A stretch of 64,000 nucleotides of DNA from Eledone cirrhosa (taxonomy: Eukaryota): positions 332,630,001 through 332,694,000 of the forward strand of contig OZ024742.1 of assembly GCA_964016885.1 (NCBI GenBank), written 5' to 3'. The notes beneath the pieces were generated by a model, which saw nothing but the letters and a program-made list of their open reading frames with translations, was not told the origin of the DNA and ran no database searches. Below are positions 1 through 13,752 of this stretch, piece by piece (within the stretch, counting starts at the first letter, position 1; each line of letters starts with the position of its first letter). A program made the translations under genes and the position numbers.

Positions 1-50
<50 letters not shown>

Positions 51-314
51 TTTATATATTTATATTTATAAGAGGAAAAACAAGCGTACCGTTGTTTTTT
101 TCCTTTTCCTTTTCAGAGCGAGCTGAGTAGCCGCATAAGGGAAGACATTTGTTCTCGGTATGGTAAACTAACAGATGTGGAACTACTTCTACCAAACTCG
201 TCCCATGGACTGAATGCTTTACTGCTACGGATAAAACTGTCCATTGTTCTGCTATTATATATATATATATACTGTATATATTTAAAAAAATAGAGGTGTG
301 ATACACGTGTTGTG

Positions 315-506
315 ATATATTCGTAAAAAGGAAAAGAAAATGCTGACAAATTTGTCCCAGTCAAAAATAGTTTAATTAGAAATAAGTATAAATTATTAAT
401 AAGTATTAGTTAGTATTCAGCTAATACTTTTTGCTAATTTATACTTATTCCTAATGAAACTATTTTTCACTGGGAAAAATTTGTCAGCATTTTCTTTTCC
501 TTTTTA

Positions 507-516
<10 letters not shown>
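315..516. repeat. ~200-bp foldback (palindromic) element next to (TA)n
   Basis: Left arm gtaaaaaggaaaagaaaatgctgacaaatttgtcccagtcaaaaatagttt is the reverse complement (2 mismatches) of aaactatttttcactgggaaaaatttgtcagcattttcttttcctttttac; pairing continues inward to a short loop near 411-418. Confidence 0.85.
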
Positions 517-556
<40 letters not shown>

Positions 557-704
557 TATATTATATGTGATAGCAAGTTATCGTTTTAGGTAATCCAGAA
601 GGTAATCTAGTGGTCGAGTGAGGCAATTCCAAATGGTCAGCGGCCTTTAGATTCACCTGATCAAAGAAACAATTGTGCATACTGTAAATAAAATTGTACA
701 GCCG

Positions 705-1370
705 ACCATCAGGCTCAGGCGCCAGCTCGACCATCACCGCCTTGCTTTTTTTCGTGCGGCCTCCAAACCACACAGTGGTGCCTCGCTCCATGCCTTGCCC
801 TCCTTTTCCACTGGCACGCAGCTAGGCAAACATAGCCTGTGAATCGGCGTGCCCCTGAGGCTCGGCTTCCGGATCTGCCAGCCACACCAATGTCGCTGCA
901 GTTCCACCGTGGACTCTTTCGGCCTCTACCCGCTTTCCTGTCGTCACAGTGCCGGCCGCATTCCATGCCATGCTGCGCTCCCAGCTCGAGCCGGTGGGGA
1001 TGGATCGAGGGGACCGCAAAAGGCCAGATGGCATGACCATCTTCCCGTCCCACGGTGGTAAAACCCTCGTCTGGGGTGCCCCATGCACCGACACTTTCTG
1101 CAGGCGCAACCTCGTGCAGTCTGCGACTGACCCAGGTTCTGCTGCACGTCGGGCTGAGGTGGCCAAACTCCTCAAATACCGGTGGCAGAGGAGACTTCTG
1201 GTGTCCTCGGCCCCAGGCCTACCTCCTTACTCACCACCATAGGCGGTGAGCTGGCCAGCCTCAGGTGGGGCGCCGCGAATTGAAGTGGCTTTTCCAGCGC
1301 GTCTCCCAAGCCGTCTACCGGGGAAACGCCTTCTCCATTCTGTTCGGCGGGGCTGTGGGTGGGCCCGATC
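705..1370 (+). mobile_element. 3' fragment of a CRE-clade non-LTR retrotransposon (zinc knuckle + restriction-like endonuclease), frameshifted
   Basis: Across frames: HSGASLHALP..LRLG.RICQPHQCRC..VDSFGLYPLSCRHSAGR (CCHC-type), EPVGMDRGDRKRPDGMTIFP..GKTLVWG..CTDT..GSAARRAEVAKLLKY, then WLFQRVSQAVYRGNAFSIL, the typical C-terminus of CRE-type RLE proteins. Confidence 0.8.
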
Positions 1371-1534
1371 GCATATCGTTGTAGTTGTTGTATACAGATA
1401 TTAACTCATCAATCCCATTGTCCTAACATAGAAGATTATGTATTAACACCTGTTATTCTTCACTCTTTCACTATATTATATTATAGTGTATTACACACAC
1501 ACGCACAGACACAGACACATACACACACACACAC

Positions 1535-1570
<36 letters not shown>

Positions 1571-1779
1571 GATTTTTTATATATATGAGTGTAAATACAT
1601 ATATAACGCGCGGGCGAGAATATATGAAGACGGTGATATATGAAAGAAAATATTGTGCACATAAGAAAATTGAACCCTCATACCAGAACCACCAATATTT
1701 CTCCACCATCGCCACAATTATCAAACCCTCTACCACACATATTCCAGGTGCCCAACGGCAATCTTCAAAGCCTCAACAC

Positions 1780-2700
1780 CACCAACAGCTCAAAACCCAA
1801 CAAAACTAGTCATCATAAGAACAATTCTCAGCAAAAACATCCCAACTATCACTGCCACACCAGCATCATCAACACCACAACAATGTGCTTTACAACAACC
1901 ACCATCATATCTTCCCCACCACCACCACCACTACCATCACCAGCAGCAGCAGCAGCAACAACAGCTACCTCCTACTACATCATTACTATGACCATTACGT
2001 TAACATTCATCTCAAGCACAATTCTCACACCATCCCCACCACCATCACCACCACCAACACCAACATCACCACCATCACTACCATCACTATCACCACATCA
2101 ACCACTACCAGCTCCATCAACACCACAACCACCAACAACACCATCCCCACCACCACCACCACGATCATTACCACCATCCCAACAACACCACCACCACAGC
2201 CACCACCACAACCACCACCACCACTATCGCCACCACAACCACCACCACCAACAACAGTGCCACCGCCGCCACCACCTCCACCACCACCATCACCACCACC
2301 ACTATCACCACCACAACCACCACCACCAGCACCATCAACACCACCACCAACAACAACAACATCCCTACCACCACCACCACCACCACCACCAGCATCACCA
2401 CCAACACCAGCACCACAGACACCACCACAACCACCACCACTATCCCCCCCCATCATTACCACCAACGCCACTACCATCATCACCAACACCACCACCAGGA
2501 CTATCGCCACCACAACCGCCACCAAAAACAACAGTGCCAGCGCAGCCACCACCTCCACCTTCACCATTTGTAAGAAAAGCATAAGAAACCCCTCAGCAGC
2601 AGCAACACCATGCAACTCAACAACTGCACCACCATCAACAGCAGCAACACTACACGCAACAACAGAAGGAACAGTAGCAATACCAGCAGCAACAGCGAGA
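1780..2700. repeat. Degenerate (CAC/ACC/CAA)n trinucleotide low-complexity tract
   Basis: Runs of ccacca/acaaca; gives poly-P/T/H ORFs in several frames. Confidence 0.85.
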
Positions 2701-2814
2701 TTCGAACATTCTGTTCACCTTCTCCCGAGACATGCTACAAACTGGAGGAAAACAAAATACAATTCAATTGCAAATGCATACATGTACATGCGTGCGCATG
2801 TGTATATATGTGCA

Positions 2815-4015
2815 TGTGAGTGTGTGTTTGTGTATGAGCATCGGTAGGTATATACGTGTGTGTATGTGTGCGCGTTAGTGTGTTTGTGTATGAGCATCGG
2901 TAGGTATATACGTGTGTGTATGTGTGCGTGTTAGTGTGTTTGTGTATGAGCATCGGTAAGTATATACGTGTGCGTATGTGTGCGTGATAGTGTGTGTTTG
3001 TGTATGAGCATCGGCAAGTATATACGTCTGTGTATGTGAGTGTGTACCTGTGTATGAGCATTGGTAAGTATATACGTGTGTGTATGTGTGCGTGTGAGTG
3101 TGTGCCTGTGTATGAGCATTGGTAAGTATATACGTGTGTGTATGTGTGCGTGTGAGTGTGTGCCTGTGTATGCGCATCGGTAATTATATAAGTATGTGTA
3201 TGTGTGCGTGTGAGTGTGTGCCCGTGTATGAGCATCGGTAAGTATATACGTCTGTGTATGTGTGCGAGTGAGTGTGTGTCTTTGTATGATCATCTGTAAG
3301 TGTATACGTGTGTGTATGTGTGCGTGTGAGTGTGTGCCTGTGTATGAGCATCTGTATGTATATACGTGTGTGTATGTGTGCGTGTCAGTGTGTGTCTTTG
3401 TATGATCATCTGTAAGTGTATACGTGTGTGTAGTGTGCGTGTGAGTGTGTGCCTGTGTATGAGCATCTGTATGTATATACGTGTGTGTATGTGTGCGTGT
3501 CAGTGTGTGCCTGTGTATGAACATCTGTAAGTATATACGTGTGTGTATGTGTGCGTGTCAGTGTGTGCCTGTGTATGAGCATCTGTAAGTATATACGTGT
3601 GTGTATGTGTGCGTGTCAGTGTGTGCCTGTGTATGAGCATCTGTAAGTATATACGTGTGTGTATGTGTGCGTGTGAGTGTGTGCCTGTGTATGAGCATCG
3701 GTAAGTATATACGTGTGTGTATGTGTGCGTGTGAGTGTGTGCCTGTGTATGAGCATCGGTAAGTATATACGTGTGTGTATGTGTGCGTGTGAGTGTGTGC
3801 CTGTGTATGAGCATCGGTAAGTATATACGTGTGTGTATGTGTGCGTGTGAGTGTGTGCCTGTGTATGAGCATCGGTAAGTATATACGTGTGTGTATGTGT
3901 GCGTGTCAGTGTGTGCCTGTGTATGAGCATCTGTAAGTATATACGTGTGTGTATGTGTGCGTGTGAGTGTGTGCCTGTGTATGAGCATCTGTAAGTATAT
4001 ACGTGTGTGTATGTG
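2815..4015. repeat. 58-bp minisatellite, about 20 copies
   Basis: Unit gtgtgtgcctgtgtatgagcatcggtaagtatatacgtgtgtgtatgtgtgcgtgtga; ORF-track stop positions 3500/3558/3616 show the 58-bp period. Confidence 0.95.
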
Positions 4016-4148
4016 TTCCGCTCGACCATAGATCCCTCAATGTGGTTTTGTTTGTTAGCGCATGTGCATAGATTTTACATACATTCATGCATGGATATCT
4101 ACACATATTTGTATTGTTACTTAATTACATATACACACAGACGGGCAC

Positions 4149-4721
<573 letters not shown>

Positions 4722-5212
4722 ATACGGTGTGTGATATAGCTACAGGAATCTAGGTCTGACGTACTGACTTAACCCTTCTCTCCTACTTTAGCATCTCTTT
4801 AATATGTCGTATTTAGCCTTCAATCATCTCTTACTACTCCTCATTCTTTCTCCCTCTCCTTACCTTCATTTTCCCCCTTTCATTATTGCTCTCTCATCCT
4901 AACTTCTCTATTTCTTTCTCGTTTTTCGCCTTTACATCATTTTCTTATTCTTTTTCTTTTTCTCACTCCTTCTTTCTAGATCAATCTCTCTATCGTTCTT
5001 TCCCTCTACTTTACGGCACTTCTCAATCCTTTACATTTTCACATATACATGCAATCACTTACACACAAGCATGAACATAGATGCACATATACATTCACAT
5101 AAGCGCGTCTAAATATACACATACATTGTAATACAAGTGTACATATAGATATACACATATATATGCACGCATTCATCACCTTACTTTTTTATACAGGATA
5201 TACCTGTATATA

Positions 5213-5270
<58 letters not shown>

Positions 5271-5879
5271 TATCTGCATATACATATGCGCACATTTGCG
5301 CACACCTGTACATATACCTACACATGAGCCCGTTCCTATATGCATATGCATTCTCACACCTGTATTTATATAAATGCATACACATACATATGCATACATA
5401 TGCATACACGTACACATGCATACACATACATATATACTTAGACTGTGCTGCTGGTTTCACATACAGAGCTAATGCAAAAAGGCACCATCACAGCTTTCAA
5501 CCATCACTGCCCATCCACGATATTGCTAGCTGTCCCTTAGTCGTTTAATGTCCGATAGCTTGACGACATCTCACTTAGTGGTACTACTGAGTCCGTTATT
5601 AAAGACCTTTAGTACATAATAAAACTCTAATGCAACTTTGATTAGAGAGGAAGCTATCTAGTTAAGTATTGAAAAATATGAATTACGGCGAAACCCATTA
5701 TGATGTCATCGTACACAGCGTTCTAACAGTTCTGATTGAAGTATGATGGAATCCAAGACGATCTTTACATTCCTGTCTCTCAATTTTTCTCGAAAACTAT
5801 AAAAAAGTGCCTGGAAGCCAAACAAATTGATTGGCGGAGATACCAAAGAGATTTTGTCTTACCGATTCCCATCATGTGG

Positions 5880-6520
5880 TCTTCCTCTCCAAGAACTGTT
5901 TACTTTCCCCAGACATTGCGTTTGGGTCCACAGTGTGCCCTGTCACACCACGCAGTGCACTTCAGTAAACTCCAGGTTACCATTCAACTCTATCCGGAAT
6001 ACAGATGCAACGTAAGCTACGAATACGTATGCTGGCAACACGCTAAATTCCCCGTGAAGTTCATTGGCCCCGGCCTCTGCATATTATCTGATTTGGAATA
6101 GACATCTTATTTTCTATCTATTGACTGCAGTCGTGCCTTCTCCAACGCAAAATATCGGGAGTGAATGTTGTCCGTGAGGTTTGACGAAAGCTTTATTCAC
6201 CCCCAGTATGCAGGTTAAAAAAAAGCCAACTGGGACGACGTAACTGCAATTAAATCTGCACGAGAACCGAATTATATCTAGATCGATGGGGTTTTGTCTA
6301 TTTTCAGTCTGATTTCTAGCCAAAGAGTGGCACGCAGGTGCCAATTTAATCAAGTATTACTCATTTTGAATTCGTCAGAGTAGCTCTGCGACTGGTTTCC
6401 GCGTGTGAGGCAGACGCTGCTCTGGAATCAATGTTGAATGACATTATCAGAAAAAAACATGACGCAACCAGCTCTCCGCTCCAGTAGGACCCGCTAATTC
6501 GCCAGCTGGACCTTTGCTGA
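5880..6520 (+). mobile_element. Highly degraded APE-type non-LTR retrotransposon fragment (endonuclease/linker; possibly Ingi/Vingi-like)
   Basis: Residual motifs HAKFPVKF (cf. HDAKLPxSF), KKANWD and a weak IPRGCR-like stretch; many stops and frameshifts. Confidence 0.4.
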
Positions 6521-6769
6521 TACGTCAATTATACTCATTATTTGCAAAATTTATTTTACAAAAACACGCATAAGTAAGGCAATAATAGGGGGAATTCCAT
6601 AATAAAGTCTAGTTTCATCAGTTACATAAAGTGAGGCCAAAGTAAGGGTACATTATAATTACAGACATGCTTATATGTTTAAGAAGTTCACTTCAAAAAC
6701 ACGTGATTCCATGTTCAGTCCAATATTACGTCTCCTGATTGACATATATTTTGTAATCAGTCTTTAATT

Positions 6770-6801
6770 AGATTTGTCTCTGTGTGTGTGTGTCTGTGTG
6801 T

Positions 6802-6850
<49 letters not shown>

Positions 6851-6926
6851 TGTGTCTGTGCGCGTGTGTGTGTGAGTGTGTGTGTGTGTGTCTGTATGTG
6901 TGTGTGTGTCTCTGTGTGTGTGTGTA
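6770..6926. repeat. (GT)n microsatellite
   Basis: Direct reading. Confidence 0.95.
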
Positions 6927-8111
6927 TCTTTTGTACAGCGAATGATGAAAACAGCGAATGATGAAAACTGCATTGAAAAATGTGATTTTGTACGATAGGT
7001 GTTACGATTTTTCTTATGTACAGATTTAGTAAGACTCATTTGACGATTTGGCCCTGAGAAATGCAGTAAACCAGTGATTGGTATATACAAGACTTGCTTA
7101 ATAAACAACGCTAGTATTCATTAAATGAAATATATAATAAAATAAAATCCATCAGCACGTACCGTATATCTTGGTGTGTCAGACCCACTGGGTGGTGCCC
7201 CGCACGTTCATTTTACATACATTTTGAATTAAAGTTTTATGGATCAATATATAAGTCGTTGTCTGTGATATTCGGAAGCTCGGCGGTGCTGGGCAACTAT
7301 CAACGAAGTTTTCGCCATTGATAACGGTACATTAGATGAAAACATTAGGTGATATCCGTGAAGGAGCTTGGCTATTCCAGCACTTTAGCTTTGCTATCAC
7401 GCGTAGTATTACCGTCACTGTCTCGGCTTACCTCAAAAATATTTAGAGGGCAACACGAGCATTGCATTTTTAGTGTATAATTGAGTATGCATGTCTTCCT
7501 CATATTAATTCTCTATAACACATTTTTATTGATTTAATTCTTTCGTAAATCACAAACATTATATAAATTAAATATAAAAACAATAAGTCATTACACGATA
7601 GAAAGATATCGACATTAATTAATTTTCTAATATGATAACCACCTGCAACATAATATAATAATTCTGGAAGTGTCCATCAAAATATTGCAAGTGAATTTCA
7701 TTACATTATCTCTTTAAAAAAAAATATTGATGAATTCTCGCAAACTTGCTATTCTAGGATAATGGATTAAGCTCGTGAATGTTATAGAATAATCGGTCTG
7801 ACGTTTTTATATTATAGTTTTAAACTAATATAGTAAACTAGACGATCATTGCTGTGTGATCGTTAGAGTACCTGATTGAATCTTTCTCTTTATTTTTTTT
7901 TCAGTTCTCTGCTCTCATCTACAGAATTTTCTAATTCATTTTCAACAACAACAACAACGATAAGACGGCATTCCCAGTCTCATGCGTGCAGTATATGGAC
8001 ATTTCTCTACTTGTGGTCCTTCCACTCTGAAAAAATCGAACGTAATGCCACCACCACCGATCATGGGTTCGGCGTCGGACGTCTGTAGTCGAATGCATTT
8101 TATGCATATGA

Positions 8112-8207
<96 letters not shown>

Positions 8208-8249
8208 GTTGGCGTATTGGAAAGAGATAAATTCTTTTTCATACACATC

Positions 8250-8860
8250 GAGAATGCTTATGACCACGATCCGCGGGAACATTTTTGAAGTTTCTGCAGG
8301 AGTATGGAATCGATCGACATCTTGTTATACTGATGTGTTAATACGATAACCTAATGTTTGTGATATTATTATGTTTCCTCTCGTTGTATTGGTGTAAGGT
8401 AATGTTCGGATAAATGGTGCCAATTCAAAACCATTCAATGTTGATTTTGGACTCCGCAACGTTGTTGATCTTCATCTCTCCTATTCATAAACTTCATGGA
8501 ATGGATGTATATGCTCAGCCGGGCTGGAAGTGGTATCGTGACTGGCTAGTTTAGGATCAATGGAATTTGGTACTACGTAACTAGTTAGAAGGTGGTCTCC
8601 GACATTTCCTTGATAGATTTGCTACTGAGTGTAGGTCGGTTGAAATGGAAATCAGTGCTGCGAAAAGATTGAGACACTGGTCCATTCAAAGAAGCCTGCA
8701 CAGTGCACTCTACATGTGCAGAGATCCCATTGGAATACGTGTAAAGTATCAAGTATTTCGAGGCTGAGTTCAGGTGTGGTGCAACGCAGGAGAAGTTAAA
8801 TGCAAGAATTGCAGCAGCTTGTGCAGTAATGAACCAGCTTCAACACTCGGTAATCTTAAC
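8250..8860 (+). mobile_element. RTE-clade (Rex3/Expander-like) LINE relic, RT part
   Basis: AYD.DPR..LQEYGI, VRINGANSKPFNVDFGLR, LLFINFM, LDRFATEC motifs with frameshifts. Confidence 0.7.
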
Positions 8861-8944
8861 TATAATAAAGAAAGGAGTGCGGGACTGCATCCAGAATATA
8901 ATTATTTATCCCGTTTGTAAAATAAGTTGGATTACATTGAATAA

Positions 8945-9137
8945 ATAATTGTTTCTACTTTTGGCACAAGGCCAGCAAATCACCAGTACATTACTGGTAC
9001 TTTATTTTATCGACCTCGTAAGGATGAAAGGCAAAGTTAACCTCGGCGGGATTTGAACTTAGATCATAAAGGGCCGTAACTCTTTGCTGCAAAGCATGGT
9101 GTCCGACCATCTGCTGATACTGCCAATCCACCGCCCT
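8945..9137 (-). mobile_element. tRNA-derived SINE with conserved domain gcctttcatccttacgaggtcgataaaataaagtaccag (MetaSINE-like)
   Basis: Minus strand: ggcggtggattggcag head, gttcaaatccc B-box, conserved central domain; related copies at about 12720, 26910, 44820, 60815 and 63445. Confidence 0.8.
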
Positions 9138-9499
9138 TACATTGAATAAATAATGAATGAATATTACATAATTTATCTGCTAAATTTCGTAGTTTTTGAT
9201 TAAATATATTTTATTGCTTATTTAAAGATTCACTTCTTTAAAATTTTCAAATGTCAACACTTCCGGTTAGCGCTCGATTAAATAAACATTCATATATTTC
9301 CGTCACTAATTTTCTCTTGATGCAGTTATATATAATATCGTCTTTTTTTAATGTATCATGGATTACGTTACTGATTACATAAGTCAGTGTAATGCAGTCT
9401 TCGTGTATATAGTCAATTACGATTTTATTTGATGTATCATATCTACATGCATATATACTTGCGTATAATATCAATATGCACACTACACATGCTAGCAGA

Positions 9500-10040
9500 A
9501 AACCACCCGGATGGAGGTAGGTGTAAAAGCCAAACTCGCTATCTTTAATTCAGTATTCGGGCCAACCCTTACCTATGGTCATGAATCTCGGTTAATGGCC
9601 AAAAGAATAATACCACGAATGCAATCGGTTGAAATGAGGTTCCACCGAAGAATTTTGGAGGAATGTTACTCAATAAAGTGTGTAGCTAGGAGAGTAGAGA
9701 GTCACTAATAAGTGTTCCGCTATTACTGATTACTTATTAGAATGTCTCAGGAAGAATCGCTGGATAGATTTTACGGACAAAACCAATTGGCACGTGAGCC
9801 AGGAGTAATCTCCGCGCAACACGGTTGAACAACAGACATGAGCCCACCACGACGCGCTTGCTGATCTAGCTGGATCATCTGGAGACAGCTGCTTCCGAGA
9901 GAAACTGCTGGGAAACGTGCATGAGGACTCGCACTCCCTTACCCTCCCAAGAAGAAGAAGAAGAAGAAGGAGGAGGTGAAGGAGGAGGAGGAGGAGGAGG
10001 AGGAGGAGGAGGAGGAGGAGGAGGAGGAGGAGAAGAAGAA
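9500..10040 (+). mobile_element. 3' part of the same RTE-clade LINE with (GAA/GGA)n tail
   Basis: AKLAIFNSVFGPTLTYGHES..MQSVEMRFHRRI; ends in a trinucleotide tail at about 9950-10040. Confidence 0.75.
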
Positions 10041-10705
10041 GATATTTATAACAAAGTACATGTATATTTGAACTTAGCTCTCAGATCCAGAAAGGTTGGC
10101 AGATACAAAGTCAGGAACTATTAGTATATGCGGTAAATATTTTAAGGTAAGTGGCCATCCTATTCTGTTCTATGCTAGTTTTAAATGTGACTGTGTTTGT
10201 ATGACAAATTCCGAGCCAGAGCACCTCTTTAAATTCCATGCGCTATTTATCTCTATAACTTCACATGTGTCCTATCAATAGGAATGTTATGTCGAAGCCT
10301 TCTTTTCAATTCCAAAGTCAAAATAAATAAATAAATAATAAATAAAATAAAATAAACATCTCCATAAGAAACTGCAATTATCTCAGCAAAGAAAATGTGT
10401 TGTCTGTGCATAAGAGATATATAGATTCGCTGGATACAATCTGCCATACAGAATCCTCAGTTTAAAGTGACAGTAGAGTTCTGTTGTTTTATCTAGTTAC
10501 CCAAGCAGAAGTGAACCTCTTGTCGACGGTATTCATGAAGTCACGGCATCCTGTAGTAGCCTATTCATGTAAGGCAACGGATTAACAGACCCGTTAGAAT
10601 GTCGGATGATAAAATGCATCGACTTATTTCTTTCAGCACACAACACATTAATGCATATCCCACCGAACTTTACTTTTCATTTCATTCTTTCGAAGTTCAG
10701 TATTG

Positions 10706-10749
<44 letters not shown>

Positions 10750-11725
10750 AGTACACTATGTATCATGCCACCACCACAACGACTCCAACAGGAGGCCGGA
10801 CCCGTTCATAAAATTGTCATATCATAGAGAATAAGACAATTGAGGGTTAAAAAGGACAGAAACCCCAATAAAGTGGTTGACAGAATAAAATAATGTTTGA
10901 AATAATAACAGTATGATGGCAGTAACAGTAGGATAAATGAATGAGAGAAAATATAGAGAATGACAGAACAAATAAAATATATAGTTAGAAAGAATGGCAG
11001 AATTACAGAAATAATAAAAGAATGATATAAAAATTAAATGTATGACACATGAAAAATGGGTATCGAATAGAAGAGTGATATGGAGAACAAAATACTAAAA
11101 GAAAGGTAGAAAGATAGAAAAATAATGAGATAATAACTAGAAGAAAATTGTAGATTAAGAAAAATAATAAACGAACAATGGGATAAATGATATAATCGTA
11201 ATCAGATAATGAGGGGAAGAATACGAATATGAAAGAAATGATAAAAGAATGTGAAAAATAACAATAATAATATGAGAGAAAGTGTAAGAGTATTTAGAGG
11301 ACAAATAATAGAAGAGAATGTATAAAGGAATGGGTGAGGGCTAGAAGTAAAGAATGTGGGAATAATGGTAATAAAATTATGAAAAAATATAGCAAAAATA
11401 TAATTTATTTCCTTGCCCTTTGAAAGACAAATTGATGTTTCGTAAGAAATTATAATTCTCTGAGCACTATGATTATGTTATATCATTTCTTTATTTAAAT
11501 TTCTAATTAAGGGTTCATTAACTCAATTATATAATTGTGTTCCCTAGGTTGCGTAACGATGTTAAATCTTATATATGTTATGTAGTACAGTATTTGTGTA
11601 TCCAGTAGCTGTACATACATACACTTATATTCACGTAAAAATATGATACATTTATTATATAATATGAAATGAATAAATGCATATATATACATATATATAT
11701 ATGGTATTAATACCAACAATACACA

Positions 11726-11852
<127 letters not shown>

Positions 11853-11890
11853 GAATTATAAGAATCAAAGAACTGTTCAAAACATTTTTA

Positions 11891-11937
11891 TGCTTACAAC
11901 TGTTTCCTCCAAACCGAGGTTTGGATTCTTCGGACCA
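11891..11937 (-). ncRNA. Degenerate minimal type-I hammerhead motif at a PLE-like terminus
   Basis: Minus: tggt-CCGAAGA-atccaaacc tc ggtttggag-GAAA-cagttg-TA-agca; U4C core mutation, near-palindromic stem III, about 40 nt from (TA)n. Confidence 0.55.
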
Positions 11938-12714
11938 ATTTATTATTGAATGAACACTTATATGACCTCCTTTTCCACCCAAGAGACATACAGATACATA
12001 TGCAAATATTGTGGGTCAACATACATTACAGCATTTAGTGTGGCAGTACACATTTAGAAATTACATTCATATTAAAAGATAAAATCAAAAATACAGCTTA
12101 AAGTACAACATGAAATTAATGTGATACGATAGTCATAAGCGGTTATTGAGTACAATAGCTATACGTGTGGCAAGCACGTGCGTCTTGTTTATATAGTGTG
12201 GCAGAGAGTTACGTGTAATAGAAGCGCAGCTCCCTAATTCATAGTCTACAAATGGCTGCGATAGCTGGCACCTTCAAAATTTGCTAAACATTCTTGCGAT
12301 TCAAGGGATGACAATTTCTTTTCTTTTACAACCTTGCCACCAGGAAGGTGGCCGGTCAAAAGTATACTCGAAATTAAGAGAAAGAGAGAACATACATATT
12401 TCTTTTTACTACCATCCCATGAAATGATGTTATGACTAGAAAAAACCTTGAATGCACTACAGAAGATCACAATAAGAAAATACCAATGAATATATTGAGA
12501 ACGATGAATCAAAAGAATATTGATGGTACCAAAAAGTATAAACCGCCATCGAATTAAAACACATCCAACCACAGAATGAAAACTCGCACTATTGAAGTAA
12601 CCAGATACCCACTCTTTTAATGTTGGAAGAAAGATACAAAAGTAGTAAGATATCTGCGGACCATGGTTGGTGTGGTTGCAGAACCAGTACCCAGAATACA
12701 CGTTTAGTTTCATA

Positions 12715-12885
12715 GAGCGTCAGAGGCAATGCTTTGCAGCATAGAGTTATGACCCTTTACGTTCAGAGATCAAATTCCGTCGAAGTTAGCTTTGCCTTTC
12801 ATCCTTACGGGGTCGATACAATAAAGCCCCAGTAATACGCTGGGGTAATTGCTGGATTTCTGCCAAAAGTAGTAACAATTTTGAT
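12715..12885 (+). mobile_element. MetaSINE-like SINE copy
   Basis: ctttgcctttcatccttacggggtcgatacaataaag domain and tgccaaaagtag end. Confidence 0.75.
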
Positions 12886-13561
12886 CAGAAATACAGGATA
12901 TAACGAAAACTGCTTGGGAGAGAGTAGGACTTCGATTTTTGGATAAGGAACTCAGCTCATTCAAGAAACCCCATTCATAAGCTACGATTGGCCATGCTAT
13001 ATGAAATCTTCAAAATTTGTAAAACCAACTGTATAGGATTCAAAGTATTGTACAAATAGTAATGGAAATTTCCTTTTATTATTCCCTCACCGCCGACAAG
13101 GAGGACGGGCAAAAATAATCTCGAAATTAATACTGAGACGCACGTACGCACGCAGAAACACACACAACCACAGCCACCCAATACACACACACACACACAC
13201 ACACACATATATCATAAGAATATATTAAAATATCATTATTTCAATTATATTATACTATAAACAACACAATGCATTTTACAACAAAAAAACTATATTTTTA
13301 CAGAGCTTCATTTACACAAATTGTATTCAGGTAAAATAATAAATAGTATATTAAGAACATAGCTGAGCAAGTAAAGAATATGTTTAAGGGAAAACATACT
13401 TTTCCTCAAAATTATCTTAGACCGCGGTTTCATATTGAAACATATATTTATATATATTAACATATATATTAATATGTTTATATATATTAACATATATATA
13501 CGAAACATATTTATATATATTAACATATATCTACGAAACATATATTTATATATATATATAT

Positions 13562-13621
<60 letters not shown>

Positions 13622-13634
13622 TTATATATATGTA

Positions 13635-13748
<114 letters not shown>

Positions 13749-13752
13749 TATA

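Noticed and set aside
1640-2847. 314-320-aa Pro/His/Thr-rich ORFs resembling extensin or mucin
   Set aside because: Open in several frames on both strands because of (CAC)n; no domain or splice evidence
2815-4015. Regular repeats reminiscent of a CRISPR array
   Set aside because: No unique spacers, no cas genes, eukaryotic context; it is a minisatellite
12246-12713. 155-aa hydrophobic ORF (possible membrane protein exon)
   Set aside because: No recognisable motif or convincing splice sites; starts at a SINE edge. A BLASTX would settle it
13415-13440. Minus-strand GAAA-ccgcgg-TC, the 3' half of a hammerhead
   Set aside because: The CUGANGA half is absent (replaced by AT-rich repeats); at most a truncated remnant
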